Assembly (NCBI GenBank): GCA_951406725.2
Contig: OX597819.1
Span: 23,870,001-23,934,000, forward strand
Origin: Octopus vulgaris
Taxonomy: Eukaryota
Reading direction: 5' to 3'
Length of the DNA stretch: 64,000 bases
This document shows positions 1-13,520 of this stretch, piece after piece (positions within the stretch are counted from its first letter, which is position 1; each line of letters opens with the position of its first letter). Below the pieces are notes generated by a model that saw only the letters and a list, made by a program, of their open reading frames with translations, searched no databases and was not told where the DNA came from. A program made the position numbers and the translations under genes.

Positions 1-431
1 ATATATTATCTTGTACTTAGTGAATCACAAACACAAACAGCTCACCCGAACAAACAAGCAAACACACACACTCACAAAACTCTCTCTCTCTCACTCTCTC
101 TACACACACATACATGTATGAACAGACGCCTACATATATGCATATATGTTTGTGTTTATACAGATGTATGCTAATAGATAAATGGATGGCTAGCTAGGTA
201 GATATATAGATATGCAAGCAGGTTGTAAGTTAAAAAGGAAATCAATGAGTTTTCTGTGGGGAAACCCCTTAAATGCATGGCGGGCAGCGTACTCTGAACA
301 CGATACCCTTATCACAAAGACCCAAAACAAGGGTTAGAAGTAATCTAATCGGTAGACATACATGTCAGAAAAGCATATCTCAACGTCTAAACTATTTAAA
401 TACAGCAGAAGGGACGTCACATTGCCAGAGC

Positions 432-433
<2 letters not shown>

Positions 434-481
<48 letters not shown>

Positions 482-884
482 ATATTTCGGAATGGTCATA
501 TATATATATGTGTAAGTACGTAGATATGCTTGTATGTATGAACATGTATGTGTGTAAGTATGTATGCGTGTGCGTGTATGTATATGTTTCTTTGGTTCAC
601 TGGTTCTCGACAACGGTTATATTTATCGGGTAATCGGGGAAGTCAGAGAAGGGTAATATATTATATTAATGGTTCAAACTAGTACTTATATGTCTCATGC
701 ATGTCTTATAAAATATATGCATGAATGTGTGTGTGTGTGTGTGTTTGTGTGTGTGCCTCGCGTGTTCAGTCCTATGCAGATATCTGTTTTAATATCAGAG
801 ACGTGTGGACAGCAACCTGGATTTACTCGCCTTTATATACAAAGCTCTAAGCACCCCGACGAATACATTATCTTTCTCTCTTTC

Positions 885-936
<52 letters not shown>

Positions 937-968
937 TATAAATGTTTGTGTGTATATATATGTATATA

Positions 969-1037
<69 letters not shown>

Positions 1038-1140
1038 ATACATATATATATGTGCGTGTGTGTGCGTGTGTATGTTTGTATGAATGTATGGGGAGAGAGA
1101 GAGAGAAAGACAGCGATAAAGAGAAAGAGAGAGAGGAAGA
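434..1140. repeat. Cluster of (TA)n, (TG)n and (GA)n microsatellites
   Basis: Dinucleotide runs are directly visible; they explain the [12 protein letters not shown] ORFs. Confidence 0.9.
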
Positions 1141-2153
1141 AGGAAAGTAAGAGAGTGATTATGAGAGTAGTAAATAAATGGACTTCCATCGGTTTGTAGG
1201 TTGATCAGTCAAGTTAGTGTTTTAGTGGTTGAGAGTTCAACATTCACGTTTATCATAAACGTCACGCTCAGTCAGAAACCGTTTGATAGTGTGCCAAGCC
1301 TGGGTCTTTGGCTAACATGTACAAGCTATCTGACGGCCATCCGCACAGTTTTTGTCAACATAACTTTGGTAGCGTGAATTGAGTCGATCTGGGACAATAA
1401 GAGCTTTGTGCAAGTTACCACGCTGTGGGATCGAACCTGCGACTTGTAATCGCAAGGCAAAGATAGCAGCCATTTGAACATGTTGCACACATGTTATGCA
1501 CATATACATATACCCACATCCGTACACACACACTCAGAGACACACACATATATATATGTATATAGGTACACACACACAGATATATATATATGTGTGTGTG
1601 TGTGTAAACATGCGAGTATCTAAGGATATGTACACAGCTATTAAAAATTTAAGCTAGATGAAAATCAATGTAGCAATTCATTGAGCTATATGCAAATACG
1701 TGGCTATAACATGCATATATGTTTGGATATATGAATGACTACATATATGTATGCATGCTTATATACATACACACACACATATTGTCCAACTGATCTATCA
1801 TGCGTATATATAGTCCTCGAAAATCTGCATCTACCAAGCAATGGAATAACCATAGGCTTATTTCTAACAAAGTATAAACTCTACAATATGTATTGAGTAC
1901 TCCTTCTTCTTTCATTTGTAAATATAAGCGTACTTGAGCGAGAGAAGGAGAGGGAGGAAGAAGAAGGAATGAAAGGTAAGAAAGGGGGCTCCAAGACAGA
2001 CAGATAAATAAAGCAAAATGTGGGGGGAGAAAGAGGCAACTTTTATAGATAAACAGGATAAAATCCGAGACAGGTAGATATCGTCGGACAAATGTATAGC
2101 GTCAACTAAAGTAAAAAAAAAGAAAAAAAAAAGATATATATATATATAGACGC

Positions 2154-2191
<38 letters not shown>

Positions 2192-2498
2192 ATATAAGAA
2201 ATAAACGTAAAAAATCGCAATTTGAAGGTTAAAAGGTCAATCATATTCATATGCCATCTATTTCATTGTTAAGGCAATGAAAGCAATATGGAAACATCGT
2301 TGTTCCGTAGCAATAAACTTTGTCAAAACTACAAGATTACATTCTTTTAATATACATTCATTCCCCCCACCCCGTCACCCGCCTCCCACTTCACCATTTA
2401 TTCCTTCTCTATTCGTTTCTTCTGTGTTTGTGCCACTATGACAACCTGTTGACAATCGTTTTCTAAAGAGATGTCACCACATTTCAAGTGTTTACAAT

Positions 2499-2499
<1 letters not shown>

Positions 2500-2585
<86 letters not shown>

Positions 2586-2642
2586 CTCTTTCTTTCTTTC
2601 CTTCTTTCCTTCTTTCTTCCTTCCTTTCTTTTTTTCCGTCCT

Positions 2643-2714
<72 letters not shown>

Positions 2715-3020
2715 TCCTTCTTTCTTTCTTTCTTTCTTTCTTTCTTTCCTTCTTTCCTTCTTTCTTCCTTCCTTTCTTTTTTTCCGTCCTTCTTTCTTTC
2801 TTTCCTACTTCCTTCCTTTCTTTCCTTCTTTCTTTCTTTCTTTCTTTCTTCCTTTCTTTCTTTCTTTCTTTCTTTCCTTCTTTCTTTCCTTCTTTCTTCC
2901 TTCCTTCCTTCCTTCCTTCCTTCCTTCCTTTCTTCCTTCCTTCCTTCCTTCCTTCCTTCCTTTCTTTCTTTCTTTCTTTCTTTCCTTCTTTCTTTCCTTC
3001 TTTCTTTCTTTCTTTCTTTC
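2500..3020. repeat. (CTTT)n/(CCTT)n polypyrimidine tetranucleotide microsatellite
   Basis: About 520 bp of CTTT/CCTT units with an internal re-duplicated variant block (ttttttccgtccttct occurs twice). Confidence 0.95.
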
Positions 3021-3513
3021 AGTGTAAACTATTGTTCGTGTACCTTTCTGATTGCAAAGCTTCACATATTTTAACATAATGGCGGCTTGTTAAACATATC
3101 TAAACTCTAATCCAAAGCCTGTCAATCAAAAGTAACGCTATCAATAAAAAAATAAAAAACTGACATTTTGGTTTTTATTGTCGTCGATGTTACTGTTGTA
3201 GTAAAGTAGTTGGCGATGCTTTTGTTTTTACGGCTTTTGTTATTTGTTGCATTTTAATATCTCAGCATTTTTTTTAATGGCGATACTTTCTAAGCAACTT
3301 TTCTCCTCATTTATTTCCCCCACCTTCTTTTTCCTCACCTTTTACACCTTAATTCAAAGTATGACACACGGCAATGATTTCTCTGTTGTCTGCTCAAAGC
3401 TCATCATAAAATTTGAGTTCATCGCTGTTAGCTAACGACCAAGCTTCTCTACTGAATTGCTCTGTTTAAAACGCTGATTTCACGCTATCATCTTTGAACA
3501 GGAGCGATTCGTT

Positions 3514-4012
3514 TATTCTCCTTTTATTCTTTTACTTGTTTCAGTCATTTGACTGCGGCCATGCTGGAGCACCGCCTTACAGGGCTTTAGTCGCAGAAAT
3601 CGACCCTAGGACTCATTCTTTGTAAGCCTAGTACTTATTCTTATCGGTCACTTTTGTCGACCCGCTATGTTACGGGGACGTAAATACGCCGACATCTGTT
3701 GTCAGGCGATGGTGGGAAGACAAACACATACACAAAGGCACAAACACACACATACACACACAGACAGACACGCACACACACTCACACACACACACACATA
3801 CACACACACACACACACGCACGCACACACACATACACACACAGACAGACACGCACACACACTCACACATAAAGATACATATATACATTTACGACGGGATT
3901 CTTTCAGTTTCTAACAAGTCCACTCACAAGGTTTTGGTTGGCCCGAGGCTATTGTAGAAGTCATTCACACAAGGTACTACGCATTGGGTCTGAATCCGGA
4001 ACCATATGGTTC
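3514..4012 (-). mobile_element. SINE family A copy (tRNA-like head, internal CA/TG microsatellite)
   Basis: Shares acttgtttcagtcatttgactgcggccatgctggagcaccgcc and ccactcacaagg with the copies at 32252, 48902 and 60860. Confidence 0.85.
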
Positions 4013-4269
4013 GCAAAACACAAGGCGCCGGAACAGCTACCACAATTAAAAATCATTTCAGTTAACCTGCTACTCTGAATTGGTACCTTCTTTATGGAAA
4101 CCTTAAAAACTAGGGTTAATGTAATCGACTAGCTCCTATCCCAAAAGAATTGACCCCCACCCAAAAGAAAGACCTTAAGCCTATTGTAGAAAGAATTTTA
4201 AACTATTGAATTTTGTCAATGTAGACCATCACTTAATATCTAGCGATTATAACTAGTGATTATAAACAG

Positions 4270-4990
4270 TGATAGTCCTTGATGACGAGAGCTGGTGCTA
4301 CGGCTACGACCCCGAAACGAAGCAGCAATCAAGTCAGTGGAAACATTCAATGTCACCAGGCCCCGCAAAAGTGCATCAAGTGAAGTCCAATGTCAGGACG
4401 ATGCTGATTTGTTTCATCGATATGAAAGGAATTCTCCACACAGTATTTGTTCCTCCAGGTCACACTGTTAACCAGACATTTTACTTGGTAGTTCTTTCTG
4501 AAGCATTTGCAAGACACGGTGAAACGAAAATGCCCCGACCTGTGGCAAAGTGGAGATTGGTGGCTTCATCTCGACAATGCGCCTGCGCACACTACCTTGA
4601 GTGTGGAGACAGCTTTAGCCAAAAATGGCATGACCTCGCTTATCCACCCTCCCTATTCGCCCGATCTTGCTCGCTGCGACTTTTTTCTATTTCCCTGAAT
4701 AAAAAACTCCTTAAAGGAAAACGTTTTGCAGTTATGGAAGTGGTGACCTCACCCCGCCAAAAAACAAAAAACAAAAAACAAAAACAAAAAACGATGGAGG
4801 CGTTACAAGGCATCACTTCGTAAGAGTTCTAGGGCTGCTTCGAGCAGTGGAAAATGCGCCGGGACCGATGCATTGCTTCAAATAGAGAAAACTTTGAAGG
4901 CGATAAAAGTGTAAACATGTAAAACTAAGTGAATAAAATAATATTGCAAAATTCCGTTTATTTGGGCGGCGCGGGGGTTACCCCCACCTA
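4270..4990 (+). pseudogene. Mariner (DD34D) transposase, 3' fragment, frameshifted
   Basis: Motifs DESWCYGYD, HLDNAPAH and PPYSPDLARCDFFLF are split across frames; the C-terminal WKMRRDRCIASNRENFEG-like segment is present. Confidence 0.9.
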
Positions 4991-6310
4991 CATAAACAAA
5001 TATTACATGTCTCGTTGTTATGAGACACCATATGCAGCGAAATTCTCGAATTTCAACTCAGTTTCTATGAGCTGGTGTCCCATTCACTTGGCCACATCTG
5101 TTCCACTCAGTTGCTCGACTTCCTAGAAAGGCCATCAAAATTTCTCTCATATAGAACTGTATTGCGTCTTAAAAAAAGAATACATTGGATAGTGTGGTCC
5201 GTGATAGACAGTGTCTGAATGAATAATGGGAAGGTCATAGTTAGCAGTTCTCTTTTTGAAGGCTTGTTTGATTGAAGCTGACTTAAGGTTGAACAGCAAC
5301 AATCATCAAACAAAAGTGGTATTAAATGTAACAACAGTGATAGAAGCAACAGTAACACGGTTTACAAGAGAACAAAGGAACCTTTACATGGTTAACTTAG
5401 CTGCTAGAAACAGTAGTCAAATCACCATCAGACCATACCTTATTATCTTTTTTTTTTTGTAGAAATAAATAAACAAATAAGGACCATTGGTTAATATAGT
5501 TTGCAGTGAAAATACACGCAATAAGAATGACTTGTACGACTCTGGTTATAAATTTGCTGCACCAGGACTGACCTAGGGTTAAACAAAAACAGCCACATTA
5601 ACGTTAGTTGCTGCAATAAGAGCTACAGTAATAGTAAGAACAGCTGCAGTAATAATAACAACATGTGCAGAATAGCGTCAATAACAGCTGTAATGTCAAT
5701 ACCAATGGCAGCACCAAAAGCAGCAGCCATGGTAGTATTGTTGGTGTAGGCGGTGGTGTTGGTGGTGGTGTTGGTGGTGGTGTTGGTTGTGGTGTTGGTG
5801 GTGGTGTTGGTGGTAGTGGCGGCAATACTAAAATGTTGTTGTTGTCTGGGCGTCTCTTACATAGTCAAATTATTTCAATTTTCCCTACTTCCGTTTCTTT
5901 CAATAACAAATACATTCCAACGGGTACATTATATATATCGGGTACATTTTAATCTCATTACATTCTGGTGGATTCTGGGCACTTTATCAGGTTTTGTAAA
6001 ATGATGTAGATGCTTTTTTTTTTGTTTTTTTCATTCAGATTTCAGAGGAGCCGCAAAACAGTAACACCAGCGCCATCAATTAAGACAATGCGCTCCAACG
6101 TTTTAAAAATGGCGGTAGATCTTCGTAGCGCAAAAAAAAAAGATAAAGCACATTACAAATATACAAATTTACATTTTCTAAAAAGAAACAAAATTTAATT
6201 TTTTTCTTATTTTTAAATGGTTAAATCTAGGGTGGTGGTGAACAGTGCTTATAGGAGTTGTAGGGGGAACTAGGTACGGATAATACCTTTGATATCTAGT
6301 GCGCTAATAT

Positions 6311-7350
6311 CGTGACATCCGCCTTGCGAACGACACACCGGTCTCACGCCATTTCCGCTCCACCGGTCACTCCTTGAAACACCTGTCTGTGTTCGGTTTG
6401 TCCTTACACAGAGGCCATCCGGATTCCCGTTTGCGCCGTGAACAGGAATTAATCTTCTCTCTTCGCTCTTATACGCTATTTGGTCTCAACTCTCCCCCTC
6501 CTCATCTAACCCACCCTCTCCCCCCTCCTCATCTAACCTCCCCCCGACCCCTACTTCTCTTCAGTCCTTCATCCTTTCACCCCTACTCGTCTTCCCTTCT
6601 TCCCTCTTTCTCCCTCCCTCCTTCTTCCCTCTTCCCCTTCCCTCTTTCTCTCTGCTCCCTCACTCCCCTTCTCTCTCTCTCCCCCTCTCCCTCTATCCTC
6701 CCTCCTCCTCTCCCATCCTCTTCTCCTCTCCTTCCTTCTCCCCCTTCTCTCCCATCCTCTTCTCCTCTCCTTCCTTCTCCCCCTCCCCCTCCTCTTCTCC
6801 CCTTTCCTTCTCCCCTCTTCTCCCCTTTCTTTCTCCCCCTTCAACCCCCCTCCTCTCCCCCTACCTCCCCCTCTTCCCTCATCTCCTCTCTCTACACTAC
6901 ACCATACGACTTTACACATCACATCATATACACAGACACACGTCCAGACCTCTCATACGCACTAATACTCTCTCATACACACACACACTCTCTTCTCACA
7001 CACACACACAGACACTCTTATGTTGGAGCAAGGTCATTTAACCCTATTATCTCCCCTAATTTCGCTCTTGCGTCTCACGTTTGATCTTTGACTTCTGGCC
7101 GAAATCAGATCGCCATGTTGATTCGCTAGCCTCTGTACGCAATTTTTTTCTCTCCTTCTTTCTGTGTTTTTTTTTCTCTGTGTATCTTTCTGTTGAAGAG
7201 CGTAGGCTCGAAACGTTAAAGACTTGTTTTATTTATATTTCCTGAGCGCCATACTAATACAATTGTTTGTTTGTATTCCACCTGCCGTCGTCTTTTGTTT
7301 ATTTCCGTAAACCTGCCTTCGTCTTTTGTCTATTTTCATAAAGCTTCCCG
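6311..7350 (+). mobile_element. Penelope-like retroelement 3' fragment (GIY-YIG endonuclease C-terminus, pyrimidine tract, pseudo-LTR with hammerhead)
   Basis: 6311-6493 translates RDIRLANDTPVSRHFRSTGHSLKHLSVFGL...RLRREQELIFSLRSYTLFGLNS, matching the PLE GIY-YIG C-terminal pattern (PV.RHF...H; RE...I..L.....GLN). A minimal HHR follows at 7185-7222. Confidence 0.75.
7185..7222 (+). ncRNA. Minimal hammerhead ribozyme motif (one core substitution)
   Basis: tcttt-CTGTTGA-a-gagc(gtag)gctc-GAAA-CG-TT-aaaga: stem I tcttt/aaaga, stem II gagc/gctc, minimal stem III; the core has A6>U. Confidence 0.7.
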
Positions 7351-7392
<42 letters not shown>

Positions 7393-7477
7393 ACATATTT
7401 TCAATATGTGACCGCGTGTGTATCGTTGGCGATTTTCTTTCTTCGTCTTCTCTTCATTGGACTTTTCCTTTTTCTAT

Positions 7478-7512
7478 GTTTCTGGCGAAGAGCTCCGCTC
7501 GAAATGTTAAAT
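7478..7512 (+). ncRNA. Degenerate minimal hammerhead motif in a second PLE pseudo-LTR-like segment (about 7408-7592)
   Basis: ttt-CTGGCGA-a-gagc(tcc)gctc-GAAA-TG-TT-aaa; the downstream ctgagcg..caata resembles the first pLTR. Confidence 0.55.
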
Positions 7513-7601
7513 CCTCCTTTCTTCTTTCCTTTTCTGAGCGTCCAATAACACTATACTTGTTCCACGTCCTCGCGTTGTTGTGTTTTCTCTTTACATATAT
7601 A

Positions 7602-7762
7602 CGACGGGCTTCTTTCAATTTCCGTCTACCAAATTCACTCACGAGGCTTTGGTCGGTCCGAGGCTATAGTAGAAGACATTTGCCCAAGGTGCCACGCAGT
7701 GGGACTGAATCCGGAACCATGTAGTTGGTAAACAAGCTACTTACCACACAGCAACTCCTACG

Positions 7763-7765
<3 letters not shown>
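7602..7765 (-). mobile_element. SINE family A, 5' half
   Basis: Reverse complement of the family A head (taggagttgctgtgtggtaagtagcttg...ggttccggattcagtcccactgcgtggc). Confidence 0.8.
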
Positions 7766-7815
<50 letters not shown>

Positions 7816-7816
<1 letters not shown>

Positions 7817-8042
7817 TTTATTTAATGCAGCAGAAAATTCAACAAAACCTGTTAATCTGAGTTTCCCGTTGCCGTTCATCGGACAGTTTTTGCTAGCAAA
7901 AACTGTCCGATGAACGGCAACGGGAAACTCAGAGTAACAGGTTTTGTTGAATTTTCTGCTCCTTTAAATAAAGCATATTACTCTACCACTGGTATTTGAG
8001 TACTCTTTTTCCCACCTTGTTTCACATTTATGTGTTTACTCC

Positions 8043-8045
<3 letters not shown>
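7816..8045 (+). mobile_element. (TA)n-embedded palindromic cassette with back-to-back hammerhead-like motifs
   Basis: Near-perfect palindrome 7816-7973 centred on gctagc (7892-7897), then about 70 bp of unique tail, flanked by (TA)n. HHR-like ctgt-CCGATGA-acggcaacgg-GAAA-CTC-A-GAG-TA-acag at 7903-7940. Confidence 0.7.
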
Positions 8046-8096
<51 letters not shown>

Positions 8097-8331
8097 TATA
8101 GTTATATAGATATATAGATATATAACTCTAGCTCTTTAACTTGCTTCAGTTTTAAAGCTTCGGTCATGCTGGGGCACCAAGCATGGGCTGTGTTACACCT
8201 TCATTATTTGAAACCTCCTCTGATATGTGGCATTTGATGAATGAGCGATGAGGGAGTTGAATGCTGCTACCCTCATTTACGTATCCTGCCGTGAGGTACG
8301 CTCATCTGGAACCCTTGACAGGAGGAGATCC

Positions 8332-8487
8332 AGGCTGTGTGATAACAATTTTGTTTCCCAACCACGTGGTTCCAGGTTCAGTCCCACTACGTGGCAGCTT
8401 GGCCTAATGTCTCCTACTATAGCCTCGGGCGGACCAAATCCTTGTGAGTGGATTTGGTAGATGACAACTGAAAGAAGCACGTCGTAT

Positions 8488-8546
<59 letters not shown>

Positions 8547-8747
8547 GTATATGCATATATATCTATGTGTATGTGTCTCTCTGTGTGTGTTTGTCCCAAA
8601 CCAAGACAACCGGTGCTGGTGCGTTTACGTCTCTGTAACTTAGCAATTTGGCAAAGAGACTGATAAAATAAGTACTAGGATAAAAAACAACCCTTGGGAT
8701 CGATTTGTTCGACTAAAACTTCTCAAGGCGGTGCCTAACAGTGGCCG

Positions 8748-8748
<1 letters not shown>
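8332..8748 (+). mobile_element. SINE family A copy (diverged)
   Basis: ggttcagtcccact head, gtgagtggatttggtaga body, internal CA/TA run and aaggcggtgc tail. Confidence 0.75.
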
Positions 8749-8805
<57 letters not shown>

Positions 8806-8809
<4 letters not shown>

Positions 8810-10078
8810 CTGGTAACTAAGTTTCCGCCGTTTTTTAAATTTAATTCTTTTTAAAGGTTTAATAAAAAAGAACAACTAATTAATCAACAATGTATTCACC
8901 CTCGTTGTTTACAACTTCCCAACGTTCAACAATATTTTCAATACCTCGTTAGTAGAAATCACCCGATTTCGACTCGAAAAATTGATCCAGCCAAGCTCTC
9001 AATTCTGCATCAGTATTGAACGAAACTCCGCGCATAGCATTTGAAAGAGATCGAAAGGGGTGGAAATCGGTTGGTACCAAATCAGGAGAGTATGGCGTCT
9101 GTATGGCTTCCTTGGTCATATTGGCGATATGGGGGCGGGCGTTGTCGTGCAGCAGAAGAACTCCATGCTGCCGATTAGGTCTTTTCTCTTGAATAGCCGT
9201 GTTGTGTCGTTCCATCTGTTGAACATTGAGTTCCGCGTCGACCGTTTGGTTCCGTTCAAGTAATTCGTAATGGATACTCCCTTCTCAGTCCCACCATACG
9301 CACAAGATCATTTTACGCGGATGAAGATCTTATTTCATGCGCGGTGTTGCTTGTTTGCCGGGGCTAAGCCATTCCTTACGCTGCTTCATATTAATGTAGA
9401 GGCACCATTTTTCGTCGCCAATAACGATTCGGTAAAGAAATCGTTGTTTGTGTCCATGAGTTGAGTGGTGACGCGCAAGCAAACCATCGGAGATTGTGGC
9501 TCGTTGCTTTTTGTTGCTGTCACTTAAAGCATACGGAACCCATGCTCCGTACTTCTGAACCTTTCCCATCGAGTGAAGATGCTTCTCCACAGCAATGTGG
9601 GAGCATTCCTTTTTTTCTGTCAGTTCCCATGTCGTTTGGCGAGAATTTTCATGCAAAAGTTGGTTTAATCGCTCTTTATCGAAATCAACTGGATGGCCAG
9701 AACGAGGTGCGTCTTTGAGGTCAAATTTCCCATTTTTGAACTTGGCATACCAATCACGAGCGGTTCTTTCAGCTATGGCACCCCCTCCACACACAGCACA
9801 AATGTCGCGAGCAGCTTTTGCGGGCTTAGAGCCTTGATTAAAAGCAAAAAGAAGGAAGTGTCGAAAATGGTCGTTTTTCTTGACATTCCATTTTAATGAT
9901 CTGAAAAATAAACAAAAATTAACGAAAATTAACTAGAAAAAACAAACAAACAAACAAAACTAGATTCCAAAATGATTCAAAAATAGAATTCTCGAAAAAC
10001 ATCGATTCCAAAATTTAAAAACGCTATAAATTCCAAAATAAAAAAAAAAAAAACGGTGGGGACTTAGTTGTCAACCCA

Positions 10079-10079
<1 letters not shown>
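8806..10079 (-). mobile_element. Near full-length mariner element with decayed transposase (about 9891 to 8880)
   Basis: Imperfect TIRs (aggctggtaactaagtttccgccgtttt / aaaacggtggggacttagttgtcaaccca) lie in (TA)n. Motifs include WYAKFKNG.FDLKD.PRSG, GAWVPYAL, IGDEKW, LHDNARPH and YSPDL.PTDFH, with stops and deletions. Confidence 0.93.
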
Positions 10080-10125
<46 letters not shown>

Positions 10126-10357
10126 CAGTTGAGTTACAGGTTAAAATAACCGTCTAAGGGATAAAAGTATCCCAAATACTACCGGTATATTACCTATATT
10201 TAAACATGGGCAAAAATGTTATGCTCATAAATCATAGGTAAAGCCAAGGACAAACAGGAGTTTATCAGGAATCAAAATTTAAGAAAAAAAAAAACAGAAA
10301 ATGGCGATAACATTGATGAACAACAATTGATTTGCATCAATTATTATTTTTTAATAT

Positions 10358-10394
<37 letters not shown>

Positions 10395-10496
10395 TTGAAA
10401 TAAATAATTAGTAAACTATTAATCAATAATAATTGATACAAACCAATTGTTGTTCATCAATGTTATCTCCGTTTTCTTTAAATTTTATATGTATGC

Positions 10497-10571
<75 letters not shown>

Positions 10572-10579
10572 TTATATAC

Positions 10580-10614
<35 letters not shown>

Positions 10615-11126
10615 GGGAGAGAGAGCGAGAGAGGAGGGGGTATACATTCGACGGTGTTGTCCCTCATACACTAATAGAGTGATGGACATAGGTGGAGCGC
10701 CTTCGATCATAGGTACCAAGAGCAAAAACAACAAACACAATAACACCCACATCAGCACAAACAAAACAACAAAGTGACTCGATAGGTAGGGAAAAGTTCC
10801 ATAGTTTACTTTTTACTAAATACAAAGATAAAGGAAAACACCCTGAAGAATCAAAGATGAAAAAGGAAAATGAGAAAAAAAAAAAAAAACGGGAAAGCAG
10901 AATCTTGTTCTTATCTAATCAGAAATGAAAGTGAAACAATAATCAACTGAAGGTTGATAAGGCTAACAGCTGCCTTGGAGAGTTCTAATATTTTAATTCT
11001 ATTTATCTTGTTCTTATCAGCGCTTAAAAGGATTTTGTCCACAAATTCACAAGGAACAAGTTGCATTATAAAATTAGGGATGGCAGTAAACACACACGCA
11101 AAGCCAACCCTACACACACACACACA

Positions 11127-11179
<53 letters not shown>

Positions 11180-11673
11180 ACATACACACACACGTATGTA
11201 CGTAGTTATGTATGTGAGTATATGGACAGACGTTTGTAGAGATGTATTGTATGTATTTTTTTTTTGGTGGGGTTTTTAATCTCTGAAGAAGAAATGAAAA
11301 AAAAAGTAAAAACAAAACAAAAAAAAGACAAAGACAAAACAGAGAACAAAAAGAAAACAATGTAAAGTTTCGAGGAAACAAACATTAACGAAGAGGTTTT
11401 ACTCGTTTTTACACGCACGTACACAAACATGCAAGCGCGCGCGCACTCACACATTTACATATACACGCATTCATGCACGTAGTATATACAGTAAGTAAAC
11501 TTATACATACATGCATACGGACATGCATGTAAGTAAACTTATACATACATGCATACGGACATGCATGCATACACATATACATATATACAGGCATATATAT
11601 ATTTCTACACACACACACCCATGTGTGTATATATATATATGTGTGTGTGTATATATATATATATATATGTATG

Positions 11674-11743
<70 letters not shown>

Positions 11744-13335
11744 CATGTATGTATATATATATATGTATGTATGTATACATATATATATATGTGTATATAT
11801 ATGTACACACACATACATACACTTATAATATGTATCCATATACAATATGTATGTGTGTGTGCAAAGACACAGAAGCATAAACACTGATGTATTTTGAAAC
11901 AAAGGCGGACATTTTGAAGTACACAAGTAGACGTTAAAACAACAACAAAAAAGAGAAATACTTTGTTTTGAATAAAAATTTAAGCAATAAAAGACATGAA
12001 AATTTGAAAGATTTCAGATTAAATCTGTGCCAAAGAATTGAATTCAATTATTTTTAGTGGAATATAAGATCTAACCACTTAAGGTATTTGCTAGTTGAGA
12101 TGTGTATCGAGAGATCAAACTAGGATTGATTGAAATGAGAACGACAGGCGCTATAGAGTTGTCGTTGCCATCTGTAAGGATCATAATGAAATTATTAATA
12201 TACTGCGTTTAAATCTCGGGGGGTCTTAGCGAAGAATTAGAAATCTTTTAGGCGTGATGTGTTCTACTAAATGGAATTCGGATCAAGTGAAATATGGATC
12301 AAATAAATTCGGATTAAATAGATTTCAGATAAGAGGCGTAATGCTATTTCATTTGTGAGACGGATTAATGTTATACAAAGTCAGAAAAGAGCGAACGATT
12401 TCATAGATTTAGAATGACGTGTTTTTGTTGCTGTTGTTTAGCCCCTGTTCCACCCCGACTAAGAACACCTATTATCAAAAATATCCCTGCTAGGATCATC
12501 TATTTTATTCCCAGGCATCGTGTATCTGATATATTATCCACTTATAATCTTTGATAACCGCTTTTGCTTTTTCTCTTAAAGACAGAAGGTGTGCTTTAAG
12601 GCAGTTATTTTTCTCATAGGGGTGGCGGTGGCCTATGAGGATTAAAACATGAGCAGAGACAATTCAGGGTTTAAGGAGATTAAAATAAACTTTTGAAACT
12701 TGTCCAGAGCAAAGATAGAAAAATTATATGGTGGCAAAATGTTATTTTGTCTGTTCCATAAATAGGAGGGAAGGAAGAAATATGTTTTTTACAAAAAAAT
12801 CTTTCTTGTTTGTATTTAACAGTTTGGGACTCGTTAAATATGTGTGGATAATATATCAGATATACGATACCTAGAAATAATGATGGGATAATCCTGTATG
12901 ATGTGTCTCTGATCGTTGGTTTTCATAATTCACCCACTTCCAGCAGCAACATGCCGGCATGAATTTGGTACACGATTCTTTTATCTTAGTAGGACGCTTA
13001 GCCCTCTCCAGTGAAACAGCATTAACGCTCCTTATATCACGCATCAACGTCGTATGTTTTGTTACCAGATGACCAGATGTATAAGGTATCAGACCCTCGC
13101 GTCCATTTTATTCTTTCTCATTTTTTATTCCGTGTCTTTCAGTAACAAACCTAATTTTGCTCGCGTAAGTATTCCCGAAAGCATAAAATGTCGGCATTCC
13201 GTTCATAGTTCATTCATATACGTTCTTTATGAATCGATAATCTGAGATGAGAAAACAATGATCTGCTTTGGCACGTAAAGCATACTAACAAGAGCTTTCT
13301 TGTCTTGTGAACTTCTGAACAGAAATACAGTTTGG

Positions 13336-13520
13336 TGATGTAACTACTATTAGTCCATATTCACATTTACCCACCAGTAAATTCAAATGAATATTTAATA
13401 TTTCAATTCATAATTAATGCATACTAGTAATTAAGAAACTTGTATGTAGTAGCTCGATTCGTTTGATATAGCAGCCAAGTCTCTTAGAAATTACATTCTA
13501 CCGTTTTATAAAAAGGGACA
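13336..13520. repeat. Left arm of a local inverted duplication (partner 15432-16016, interrupted by a SINE)
   Basis: The reverse complement matches 15432-15585 plus 15974-16016 nearly exactly. Confidence 0.85.

Noticed and set aside
6010-6198. Possible exon after a polypyrimidine tract and ttcag acceptor
   Set aside because: No recognisable protein and no partner exons; such motifs are common by chance in AT-rich DNA.
10498-10764. Minus-strand ORF with signal-peptide-like MWVLLCLLFLLLVPMIEGAPP
   Set aside because: The hydrophobicity comes from TG/TTG-rich sequence, it runs into (TA)n, and no splice or homology support is visible.
10840-10870. CTGAAGA-atc(aaa)gat-GAAA
   Set aside because: No stem III or NUH follows, so it is likely chance.
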